Shown here piece after piece: positions 31,054-40,628 of a stretch of DNA of 64,000 nucleotides. The DNA is taken from NCBI RefSeq assembly GCF_003334765.1, contig NZ_QOWT01000001.1; one strand, 5' to 3'. The DNA comes from Escherichia coli. GTDB taxonomy: Bacteria > Pseudomonadota > Gammaproteobacteria > Enterobacterales > Enterobacteriaceae. Position 1 is the first letter of the stretch. Each line of letters starts with the position of its first letter. The position numbers and the translations under genes are program-made. A model generated the notes under the pieces. The model saw only the letters and a list, made by a program, of their open reading frames with translations, was not told where the DNA came from and made no database searches.

Positions 31054-34000
31054 AACGTGTTCTCCGGTTGCGTTGAGGTTGCGCAAAGCCAGCGCGTAAT
31101 GTGTTGCGCACAAGCCTGAACGTGGGGGGCTTCCATCATGATTTGCCAGTGGCTGGCTTCAATCACAGCGTCGTCGGCGTTGTTTATCCAGCCCTGCCAC
31201 TCGGTTTCTGCTGGCGTCCAGCGCGCGGGTCTCCCGGCGGCATACACCATGAGACAGGGGACCGGAACGCTTTCGCCCGGCGTATGCTCAGTCAGTAAAC
31301 GCAGCAGATGCGCGATGTTGTCGAGCCACGTTTCTGCCGCTTGCAGCGTCAGGTTTTGCGACACCATACCGACCGTTTTAGCGAGGCTGATAAAGTCGGC
31401 AAGCTGGCTGTCGGGCGTCTGCTGGTCGAAATGTTCGGGCAGTGCCAGAGGCGTTTGTCCTTCGGCTAACAGGCGCAGCAGGGCCGCCCGGTTTTCGCAA
31501 CAGAAATCCTGTCGGCACACGGGATCGATTAACACCATCCGAACCTGCTTGCCTTTGGCGTACAGGCGCTGTGCGGCGCCCGCCGCAAGAAACGCGCCAT
31601 ACGACCAACCCGCCAGCACATAAGGGCCGTGAGGCTGCTGACGACGGATGCACCCGACATACTCATCGATCATCTGGTCGAGCGTGGCAAAGCGCTGCGG
31701 CGATTTTGCTTGCAGGCCGAAAACGCGCCTGTTCAACGCGTTAGCGAGCGGCAGCCAGGCGCTGATATCGCCGTCTGAAGCGTGGAAGACAAACAGGGTT
31801 TCCTCACCGTCGCCCTGGCAAAGGGGTATCGGGTTGTCCTCTCCTGACGTAGCCGCCTGTAGATGGGCGCAGAAGTCGCTCAGCGTCGAATGGTTGAACA
31901 GATCCTGAAGGTTAGCCCTGGCAATCCCTCTCCGGTTTAGCTGCGCGACCATCCTTGTCGCCATCAGGCTGTCGCCGCCCAGTTCGAAAAAGTCGTGATG
32001 CCTTGCCACGGGGCGAGACAGCAGCGATTGCCAGAGTTCAGCCACCTGTTTTTCCAGCGCCGAATTCCCCCCGGCAACTGGCGTGGGTTTGGCTGGCTCA
32101 GTCGGCGCATCAGACGGGGCATGCAGCGGCGTAAATAACGCTTCTCTTTGCCGGATCTGTAAAATGGGCAGACCGGTGCCAAAGCGCTGCTGTAAATAGC
32201 GGCTCACGGCTTTTTTATCCGGGCGATTTACGCCAGGCGAACGCGCTACCAGCAGATGCTGGCGCAGCGGCGACGATTCCTGCGCGGGCCACGCCAGCTC
32301 GTTTGCAAACCCGGCCTGAACGAGAACCTCCTGCCATGCGGAGCGGGTGAGCATCGGTTTCTCATCCCGGCGGCGGAAATCGCGGTATCCGCTTAATCCC
32401 TCAATAAAGCCCACGCTCGCCAGCTGGAATACGCTGTTTCGCTCCGTCGCTTCAACGATCAGCAAACGTCCGCCGGCTTTCAGCAACAGTTTTAATCTGC
32501 GCAACGTCTGGACGACATGGCTGGCGTCGTGGAGCACATTGACGGCAACGATCAGGTCGTAACCCGCCTCCGGGTGGGCGGTGAAATCCAGCGGCTGGTT
32601 GATGTCGAACAAGGCATAAGACACCTGCGATTCATCATGGAAACGGGCTCTGGCGTCATTGAGGAACTGCGCGGAGACGTCCGTGAAGTGGTACGACTGC
32701 CGCGTGTTCCGCGTGGCCTTCAGCACCGGCGCGGTAGTGGCTGCGGTTCCGGCGCCAACCTCCAGAATCCGTTCTGCGCTGCACAAGGCGGCAATCTGCG
32801 CGGTATAGCGATTCAGACAGGCGCTGGCGGGGTTGTCGCGATACAGCGCGTCGGTAACGCGATGCTGCTCGTTGAACAGCAATTCCAGCGGAGAACACTG
32901 CCCGGAGAAGAGGGCGTCGTGCCGGGCGATGCAGGTTTCCAGATACTGCGCCAGCGCCTGGCTCCATTGGCTTTGCGGGCACGCTTCCTGAGGCTCAGGA
33001 ATCTCGCTGAGCGGAATGCGGCAGCGCCAGCTTTCACCTTCGCGGATTAACCACTCTCTTTCCGTCAGACACTGTAGCCACTGGCGCAGCAGACGCTGGT
33101 GAGACGCTTGCGCGGACAGCGCCTGTACTACTGCGCTAAAGCGATGGGCGATCTCCGGCGTGGTAAACAGGCCGTGACGATTTAGCGTAGCCGCGATCCC
33201 CTGTAGCGCACGCGCCTCCAGCCAGCGCCAGGTCGCCTCCAGCTCATCAAGCTGCGCCTGCTCAGGCAACGGCAGCGCCAGTTGGGTAAGTTCGTGCTCA
33301 TCAGGCATCGCCGCTGATGGCGACGGATCGTCGGCCATCACGATATCCAGCGTCAACGCGCCCTGTTCGGTTATTTCCGCTCTGGCCTGCCGGATGCCGG
33401 GGTATTCGAGCGTCGCCTGCTCAATATCCCGCAGGTCGTAGTCCGCCTGCGCGTTCAGCGGCCAGCGTCGGCGGGGAATGTGCCCGGCGATGCCGCTGGC
33501 GAGAGTCTTCAGGCTTTCAGGGGCGGCGATGACGGCTTGCAGGATGGCGCAATAGTCATTAAACATCGCCTCGGCAGCGCCGGGTTCCAGCACGTTGTCC
33601 ATGCAGTACCAGCTAAACATCAACTCGCCGTCGCTCTCCATGACCTGATGATCCAGCCAGACCTGCGGCGTTTGCGTGAATACATAGCAGGGTTCGCCGA
33701 ACAGATGGCTCATCGCCTGATCGATAGTCATGCCTTCCAGCGTCATCCCCAGCATACTGGTAAACACTACCGGCATCAGCGGTTGACGTTGTGATCCGCG
33801 CAGGCGGCCCAGCTCACGGATCACCTCAACACCGTTCATTTCACTGTGCGCCATGTTTTGCCAGAGGCGCTGTTGGGTCTGTTGCATCTGCTCTTGCAAC
33901 GTCACCGGCGCTGAGAAGTTAAAATCAACCAGCGTGACGGAGGTAAAATCACCAATCAACTGGTTGATTTGCGGATGGATCGGCTGGCGATTGAAGAACG

Positions 34001-37000
34001 TCAGGTTCAGCGTAAATGTTGTGGTACGGCTCCAGCGCTCAAGGGTGGCGGCAAACAGCGTGAGCAGCGCGGCAGACGGTGTGACGCCTTGCTGCTGCCA
34101 GCGCTGTTTCACGGCCTGCCATTCTGTCTTGCCGATCGTCGATTTGAAGGTGGTGAAGTGTGGCGTTTCCGGGGGCGTCTCAACCACCGGCAGCTCTGGC
34201 GCTAAGGGCAGTTGCGGCAGTTTTTCCTGCCAGTAATCCCAGGCATCGTGCCATGCCGATGTCTGTCGGCGCGCCTGTTCAGCCATCACATAATCACGGA
34301 AGGTAATAGCGAGCGGCGCCAGCGTTTCACCGCGCCAGACCTGCGCCAGGTCGTCCATCATGACTTTAAAACTCTGCACATCAAACTGCAAAAGGTCGAG
34401 GTTCATATGCAGACGGTAATGGCAATCGTCGATTTCGCTGACCACCAGCTCAAAAAGAGGCCACTGGTCGGCAGGCAAAACGCGATAGCTCAGTTCATGC
34501 CGCCGTTTTTCCAGCGCGATGCGCTGTTCTTCCGGGGAAAGCGCGCGCAGATCGTCACGCGGGATGTGATACTCCGGCGTTGTCGCCAGGATTCGCTGCT
34601 GCCCGTCGGCATCAACCACCATACGCAACATATCGTGGCGTGCGATGAGCTGGTTCCATGCTTTCTCCAGTATGGCGAGATCGAACTCATCGTGGCGTTT
34701 ATCCCACTCAAACAGGACGTGACAGGCGACGCCGCCATAGCCAATGAGGTGGGTTCGCCCCAGCCAGTAGGCGTGCTGAATGGGCGTCAAAGGGAAGGGC
34801 GCATAACGCTCGTCGGCGTCGTGCCGCAACACTTCCGGCTGCGAAGCGGCAGGCGTCGCCTCTGGCTTAGAACAGATAAGCTGCGTGAGTCCATGAGGAG
34901 ACAGATCCTGCCACGCCCGTTCCGCATTGATGCGTACGCCCAGGTAGTGCTGAATATCGCTACTGAGTTCAAGGAAGAGCAGCGAGTCCATGCCGAGTTG
35001 CAACAGATCCTGGTTTGGATGCAGTGACGCCGGATCGCTCAGCCTTAGCTGAACCGCAATCCGCTTTTTCAGCCATGCCATCACCGCTGTTTCATCGCTC
35101 AGGCTGCCGTTAAAGGCGTTGTCATCAGCAGGAGGAATGACCGGCGTTGCGGCTTTTTCTGTGGCGCTGATGTTAAACAGAGCCTGTTGTAACGGGGGCA
35201 TTTTGTCGGTAAAAACGCGCATCGCCAGTCGCCACGGGGCGCCGCGCATCACCGCCTGTTCCAGGTGCCAGCAGCCTTCGGCATCGCTTAACGCGCCCAT
35301 ACCTCGGCTGGCGAGCGTCGCCAGCATTTCCGGCGTGGCCGCCCGACCGCTTTCTCCCCATGCGCCCCAGGCGACAGAGAGCGTTTTCGGCGCATCAAGG
35401 GTGGAAAACTGCTGGGCCAGCCCGTCCAGGTAGCCGCAGGCCAGCGCATGGGCGCTCTGACCCGGCGCGCCGAGGGTGGCGGCAGCGGAAGAGTAGAGAA
35501 TAAGATAGCGTCCGTCGTGGTTGCGCAGGGTTTGCACCAGCTGGCTTGCCGCCTGCGCTTTTACCGCGAAAACGGCAGCCAGCTGGTGGTCATCAAGCTC
35601 CTGCAAGGGCGCGTCAGCCAATACGCCAGCGGCATGAATCGCTCCGGCAATGCCGCCGTTGGCCGCCAGATCGTCAAGAACCGTGGCCAGTTGCCCGGCA
35701 TCGCCCACATCACAACGGCAGACGCGCGTCTGCCCGCCCTCCACGTCGCGTAGCCATGACTCATCCACGCGCGGCGCCAGCAGGGCGATGCGTCGCGCCC
35801 CTTTTTCTCTGAGCCAGTTCACGGCAAGGCGGCCTAATCCGCCAAACGCTCCGGTCACCAGATGCCAGCGGCTATCGCCGGTAAACACGTTTGCCGGTAA
35901 TTCAGCGGCGCATCCCGTATTGGGCGACAGTGAAGGAAGCCAAAGGGTGTCACCCCGTGCGGCGAGCCAGCGCTGTGATAGTGAGACTGCACTCAACCCT
36001 TGATGCAGCGTTTCCCACGGGGTGTTTTCGGCGAGATCGATGGCGGCAAGCAACCGTTCCGGCTGTTCGTTGGCCGCGACGCGAAGCAAGGCCCATAGCG
36101 CGTGATGGGATGCAGAGAGTGCTTCATTTTCCTCGACTCGCCACGCGCGGCGAGTAACCACAATCAATCCGGCTGCGCTGGCGGTGAGCGCTGCTATCAC
36201 TTTCTCCGCTAAGGCCAGCGTATCCTCGCTCTCCTCAACAATCATCAGTCGTGAAGAGGCGTGCGGATCGTGAATGATGCCGTATTGCGCCAGCTCGTCG
36301 CTGCGCGCAAGCGTACCGGCGCTGAAGCTAAAGGTAAGCGGATGGTCAATGCTGGCGACGTTGAGGGGCGTCCAGCGCCATTGATAATGCGTTTGCGGCG
36401 CAGGAAGAGGCGCGGCGGGCGATAGCGGCAGCCACTCGCCAGCAGGATGACGGGCTTCAACGCGCATCTGACCGCGGGAAAAGGCTTCGTTTTGCCAGCT
36501 TAAGCGAACCTTCCCTAGCCACTCCGGGGCGGCGACGGGGGGCGGTTCCACAGGCAGAGCGTCGCCATGACGCTGTGAAAGCAGACGCCAGGCCTCCTGC
36601 CAGCGGGCGTTAAACCGTTCGGGCTGACCTGCGCAATCAGACCAGTCGGCGAGATAATCACCGTTATCCGTCAGCGCCTGCCCCAACACGGGTTCTGATG
36701 GCGCGGTGAATGTTACGGCGCTAACCGCCTGACCGGGCAGCGTGGCGAGAATGATATGTTCGCTCATCCCGGCGGTCGGGCTGCCATCCTGCGGTAGCCA
36801 CGCCACTTTGCTGAATCCGGCGTGGCGGCACTGTTGTTGCCACTGAGCGGTGGTGAGGAATAACTCACCTTCGCGGGCGTCGAGATCCTGTAGCGGAAGA
36901 ACCAGCGGGCCGAAAACGAAGTCAAACAGACGCATTGGCTGGGTGATTTCGCGCATCAGCAGGCGCCCGCCCGGCTTGAGCAGGGGGCGCAGATTATCGA

Positions 37001-40000
37001 GCGTGCGGCCAATATGGCGGGTGGCGTGAATCACGTTCGCTGCCACGATAAGATCGTAAGACTGTGCCTGGAAACCCTGAGACTGCGCCTCTTTTTCGAG
37101 ATCCAGCTCGCTATACTTCACAAAATCATAGTCGGCGAATTTCTGCTGGGCGCGACGGGTGAACAGCGCCGAGATATCGGTGAAATGGTACTCCAGTGCC
37201 GGAACGCCGTTGAGTTCCGGCAGCAGCCACGCGGTGGTGCCGCCGGTTCCGCCGCCAACTTCAAGAATACGCAACGGCTGGCGGGGCTGACGCGTCTGGA
37301 CAATGCCGCGTAATACCCCGGCGGCGATTTGGTTGAAATAGCGGCCAAAGCTGAATTCCTGATACAGCACTTCCACGCCGTCGGAGGCGCTTTGCGGGAA
37401 GATAATCGCCACCGGTTCTTCCGCGCCGCTCATCATTTCATATAACCGATCGCCGGCACGGGCGATGGTGTCGGGAATAGCCTGAAAACCTTCACAATAA
37501 CCGGCAAGTTCCGTCAGCAGTGATTCCCGCTGTTGATGTTCAATGGGGCGGGCGCGGACGTATCGCCCGTCGGTGCAGCGGTAATCGCCGTCGACCACGC
37601 AGTTATTCAGCAGGCGCTGGAGTAGCTGCTGGTAGCGGGGCAGCAGACGTCCACGGCGCATGATGGTCATGGCGTCCACGCCGTTCTCAATGGCATCGCC
37701 GGTACAGCGTTGTACCAGTTGATCGACGTAGATGGCGTGCAGTCGCGTGGCGCACTGTTTAAGCGCTTCCAGGCGAGGGAGATCGAGCGCTGTCGCGGCG
37801 CGACTCGCCACCTCCAGCCCGGCAGACAGCGCTGCGTCGGCAGGCTCGCAGGCCGGGGAGACGCGCTCTTTCCAGTAACGTTCAGTATCAAACGGATAAC
37901 ATGGCGCAGCGATACGTTGTCCATCGCCCGCCAGCAGGTCGGCCCACGGTAGGGCGACGCCGGCAGCGTAAAGCTGGAGCAGGGCCTGATTGAGGACATC
38001 GCTCGCCTCTTTGTTACGCCGGGCGCTGGCTATCCAGTATGCGTTATCGCGGTATTCGCGCTGCCCGCAAGCAACCAACTGGGCATCGGGCCCCATCTCC
38101 AGAAAAACGCGGGCGCCGAGCTGATGCGCCACCTGAATACTCTGGATAAAACGCACCGGCTGGCGCATATGTCGGCGCCAGTAATCCGCCTGGTTGAGCG
38201 TTGACTCATCAATGACGTCGGCGGTGAGCGTGGAAATAATCGGTATTTGCCCCGGCTCCGCGTGCAGTCCCGCGCAGGCGTCCTGGAACCGATCGAGTAT
38301 CGGCTCCAGTAAAGCGGAGTGCGCCGCACCGGTTACGCTCAGGCGACGATAGTTAATGTCATGCTGCGAGAGCGTGGCGCAAAATACCGCGAGACGGGCT
38401 TCCGGCCCGGAAAATACCGTATGTTGCGTACCGTTGTTGGCGGCGAGATCCAGCTCAAACTGGCGAGCCAGCGGCATCAGCGTGTCTTCGTCTGCAAATA
38501 CCGCCACCATCGCGCCGCTTGCGCACTGCTGCATTAGCGCGCCGCGCCGACAAACCAGTGGCATGACCTGTTCAATCGTATAGTGTCCGCAGACAACGGC
38601 AGCGGCAAATTCACCGACGGAATGCCCAATGGCGAAGTCTGGCTTCAGTCCTTCAGCACGCCAGTGCGCCGCCATCGCGATTTCAAACGCGACAATCGCC
38701 GGCTGCGCCCAGGCCATATTGTCCAGCTGCGCCGAATCGGGGTTAAACATCGCTTCGCGCAGTGACGGCGTGAGCATTTCGCTACAGGCGGAAAAACAGC
38801 GATCCAGCGTGTCGGCAAACGCCGTTGAGTGCTGGTACATCGTTTGGCCCATAGTGCGCCAGTGCGAGCCCTGGCCGGTAAACAGCCACACCTGCTTGCC
38901 GCTGGCGCCGTGGCCGCTGTATACCTGCGCCCCCGATTTCTCACTAGCCCAGGTGCTGAGCGCGTCGGCGGTTTCACGGTTTAATGGCACCGCCAGGCGG
39001 AAAGGAAGATCGAGACGGCGCGCGTGCAGGGCCGTGAAGGCCAGATCGCTGGCATCCGCATTCTTCCTCAGCGCCCCGGCATAATCCGTCGCCAGCCGCC
39101 GCAACGCGCTGTCGCTGGCGGCGCTGAGCAGCAGCGCAGTACTTTTTCTGCCGCCATCCGTATTGGGGAGGCGCGCGTTGAGCGCATCGGGCAGCGAGGC
39201 GACGATCATATGGCAGTTGGTGCCGCCAATACCAAAGGAGGATACGCCCGCATAGCGCATTTCATCCTGCCACGCTTGCGCCGACACTGGTACGGTAAAG
39301 GGGCTCTCCTCAAGCTTCAGCGCCGGGTTGGGGGTGTGGAAATTCAATAAGGGTGGAATTTGTCCGCGACTGACGGCCAGAACGGTTTTCAGCAGTCCGG
39401 CAATGCCTGCCGCGGTATCCAGATGCCCCATATTGCTTTTCACGGAACCGAGCGCACAGCGCCTGTCCTGCGGGCGCGGCGCATAGACGTTGCGTAACGC
39501 TTCTATTTCAATCGCATCGCCCAGCGGTGTGCCGGTGCCGTGGGTTTCAATGTAACCTACCTGCCTGTCGTCGATGGCCGCCAGCATTAACGCCTCTTCG
39601 ATGACCGCCTGCTGCCCGGCGACGGAAGGGGCGGTATAGCCGACCTTTCTGTTGCCGTCGTTATTGACCGCGCTGGAGAGGATCACCGAGATAATCGGAT
39701 CGCCTGACAGTAGCGCGTCTTTCAGGCGACGCAGAACCACGCAGCCGAGACCATTACCGGCCCAGGTGCCCTCAGCCGAGGCGTCAAAAGGACGACAGTG
39801 GCCATCGGGAGAGAAAATCATTCCGGGCTGGTAGCGATAGCCCGCCTGCTGGGGGAAAGAGAGCGCCACGCCGCCGGCCACCGCCATATCGGATTCGCCT
39901 GCGCGCAGGCTTTCACAGGCCAGATGCACGGCAACCAGCGAGCTGGAGCAGGCGGTCTGTACCGATAACGCCGGGCCGTGCAGGTTGAGTTTGTACGCGG

Positions 40001-40541
40001 CGCGGGTGGCAATATAGTCTTTATCATTGCCCATCAGAGATTGCAGACCTTTTACCTGCGCGACTTCTGTCACGTTCAATGCTTCGCGACCGGGGTAGGT
40101 ACTCATCCGGGAAGAGGCGAAAACGCCGGTCTTATGGGGGACGGCGCCGGGGGCATAACCGGCATGTTCCAGCGCATGCCAGACCGCCTGCAAAAACAGG
40201 CGCTGCTGCGGGTCCATCGACTCCGCTTCCTGTCGCGAATAGCCAAACAGGGTGGCGTCGAAGCAGTCGGCGTTGTCTAACACCGTACCGATATTGACAT
40301 AATGAGGATCGTCAATGATGGCGGCATCCAGACCGACGGCCAGAAGCTCTTCGCGCGTAAAGCGTCGGCTGCATTCACGACCTTCCAGCAGATTTTGCCA
40401 GAACGTTTCGCCATCCGGCGATTCAGGAAAATGGCAGGCGTAGCCGATAACCGCGACAGGTTCGCAGTCCGGGTAGTGTTGAGCGATCGATGCATCAATG
40501 GAATCTGCTGTCGGCGCAGAAGAGAAGCGCAAGTTATCCAT
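31050..40541 (-). CDS. irp1: HMWP1 hybrid PKS/NRPS (KS-AT-MT-KR-ACP-Cy-MT-PCP-TE)
   Basis: 3163 aa; KS Cys motif TACSSSL, AT GHSVGE, MT LEVGGGTG, carrier LGMDSL and GGDSL, TE GWSYG. Confidence 0.95.
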   Translation of the reverse strand: MDNLRFSSAPTADSIDASIAQHYPDCEPVAVIGYACHFPESPDGETFWQNLLEGRECSRRFTREELLAVGLDAAIIDDPHYVNIGTVLDNADCFDATLFGYSRQEAESMDPQQRLFLQAVWHALEHAGYAPGAVPHKTGVFASSRMSTYPGREALNVTEVAQVKGLQSLMGNDKDYIATRAAYKLNLHGPALSVQTACSSSLVAVHLACESLRAGESDMAVAGGVALSFPQQAGYRYQPGMIFSPDGHCRPFDASAEGTWAGNGLGCVVLRRLKDALLSGDPIISVILSSAVNNDGNRKVGYTAPSVAGQQAVIEEALMLAAIDDRQVGYIETHGTGTPLGDAIEIEALRNVYAPRPQDRRCALGSVKSNMGHLDTAAGIAGLLKTVLAVSRGQIPPLLNFHTPNPALKLEESPFTVPVSAQAWQDEMRYAGVSSFGIGGTNCHMIVASLPDALNARLPNTDGGRKSTALLLSAASDSALRRLATDYAGALRKNADASDLAFTALHARRLDLPFRLAVPLNRETADALSTWASEKSGAQVYSGHGASGKQVWLFTGQGSHWRTMGQTMYQHSTAFADTLDRCFSACSEMLTPSLREAMFNPDSAQLDNMAWAQPAIVAFEIAMAAHWRAEGLKPDFAIGHSVGEFAAAVVCGHYTIEQVMPLVCRRGALMQQCASGAMVAVFADEDTLMPLARQFELDLAANNGTQHTVFSGPEARLAVFCATLSQHDINYRRLSVTGAAHSALLEPILDRFQDACAGLHAEPGQIPIISTLTADVIDESTLNQADYWRRHMRQPVRFIQSIQVAHQLGARVFLEMGPDAQLVACGQREYRDNAYWIASARRNKEASDVLNQALLQLYAAGVALPWADLLAGDGQRIAAPCYPFDTERYWKERVSPACEPADAALSAGLEVASRAATALDLPRLEALKQCATRLHAIYVDQLVQRCTGDAIENGVDAMTIMRRGRLLPRYQQLLQRLLNNCVVDGDYRCTDGRYVRARPIEHQQRESLLTELAGYCEGFQAIPDTIARAGDRLYEMMSGAEEPVAIIFPQSASDGVEVLYQEFSFGRYFNQIAAGVLRGIVQTRQPRQPLRILEVGGGTGGTTAWLLPELNGVPALEYHFTDISALFTRRAQQKFADYDFVKYSELDLEKEAQSQGFQAQSYDLIVAANVIHATRHIGRTLDNLRPLLKPGGRLLMREITQPMRLFDFVFGPLVLPLQDLDAREGELFLTTAQWQQQCRHAGFSKVAWLPQDGSPTAGMSEHIILATLPGQAVSAVTFTAPSEPVLGQALTDNGDYLADWSDCAGQPERFNARWQEAWRLLSQRHGDALPVEPPPVAAPEWLGKVRLSWQNEAFSRGQMRVEARHPAGEWLPLSPAAPLPAPQTHYQWRWTPLNVASIDHPLTFSFSAGTLARSDELAQYGIIHDPHASSRLMIVEESEDTLALAEKVIAALTASAAGLIVVTRRAWRVEENEALSASHHALWALLRVAANEQPERLLAAIDLAENTPWETLHQGLSAVSLSQRWLAARGDTLWLPSLSPNTGCAAELPANVFTGDSRWHLVTGAFGGLGRLAVNWLREKGARRIALLAPRVDESWLRDVEGGQTRVCRCDVGDAGQLATVLDDLAANGGIAGAIHAAGVLADAPLQELDDHQLAAVFAVKAQAASQLVQTLRNHDGRYLILYSSAAATLGAPGQSAHALACGYLDGLAQQFSTLDAPKTLSVAWGAWGESGRAATPEMLATLASRGMGALSDAEGCWHLEQAVMRGAPWRLAMRVFTDKMPPLQQALFNISATEKAATPVIPPADDNAFNGSLSDETAVMAWLKKRIAVQLRLSDPASLHPNQDLLQLGMDSLLFLELSSDIQHYLGVRINAERAWQDLSPHGLTQLICSKPEATPAASQPEVLRHDADERYAPFPLTPIQHAYWLGRTHLIGYGGVACHVLFEWDKRHDEFDLAILEKAWNQLIARHDMLRMVVDADGQQRILATTPEYHIPRDDLRALSPEEQRIALEKRRHELSYRVLPADQWPLFELVVSEIDDCHYRLHMNLDLLQFDVQSFKVMMDDLAQVWRGETLAPLAITFRDYVMAEQARRQTSAWHDAWDYWQEKLPQLPLAPELPVVETPPETPHFTTFKSTIGKTEWQAVKQRWQQQGVTPSAALLTLFAATLERWSRTTTFTLNLTFFNRQPIHPQINQLIGDFTSVTLVDFNFSAPVTLQEQMQQTQQRLWQNMAHSEMNGVEVIRELGRLRGSQRQPLMPVVFTSMLGMTLEGMTIDQAMSHLFGEPCYVFTQTPQVWLDHQVMESDGELMFSWYCMDNVLEPGAAEAMFNDYCAILQAVIAAPESLKTLASGIAGHIPRRRWPLNAQADYDLRDIEQATLEYPGIRQARAEITEQGALTLDIVMADDPSPSAAMPDEHELTQLALPLPEQAQLDELEATWRWLEARALQGIAATLNRHGLFTTPEIAHRFSAVVQALSAQASHQRLLRQWLQCLTEREWLIREGESWRCRIPLSEIPEPQEACPQSQWSQALAQYLETCIARHDALFSGQCSPLELLFNEQHRVTDALYRDNPASACLNRYTAQIAALCSAERILEVGAGTAATTAPVLKATRNTRQSYHFTDVSAQFLNDARARFHDESQVSYALFDINQPLDFTAHPEAGYDLIVAVNVLHDASHVVQTLRRLKLLLKAGGRLLIVEATERNSVFQLASVGFIEGLSGYRDFRRRDEKPMLTRSAWQEVLVQAGFANELAWPAQESSPLRQHLLVARSPGVNRPDKKAVSRYLQQRFGTGLPILQIRQREALFTPLHAPSDAPTEPAKPTPVAGGNSALEKQVAELWQSLLSRPVARHHDFFELGGDSLMATRMVAQLNRRGIARANLQDLFNHSTLSDFCAHLQAATSGEDNPIPLCQGDGEETLFVFHASDGDISAWLPLANALNRRVFGLQAKSPQRFATLDQMIDEYVGCIRRQQPHGPYVLAGWSYGAFLAAGAAQRLYAKGKQVRMVLIDPVCRQDFCCENRAALLRLLAEGQTPLALPEHFDQQTPDSQLADFISLAKTVGMVSQNLTLQAAETWLDNIAHLLRLLTEHTPGESVPVPCLMVYAAGRPARWTPAETEWQGWINNADDAVIEASHWQIMMEAPHVQACAQHITRWLCATSTQPENTL

Positions 40542-40628
40542 AATCGGTCCCGTTTCCTAAGATTCACAAAGTCAATGGAACGCCATGCGTTCGCGATGGC
40601 GTTCCGGGGAAAATCAGTTTGCTTCGCG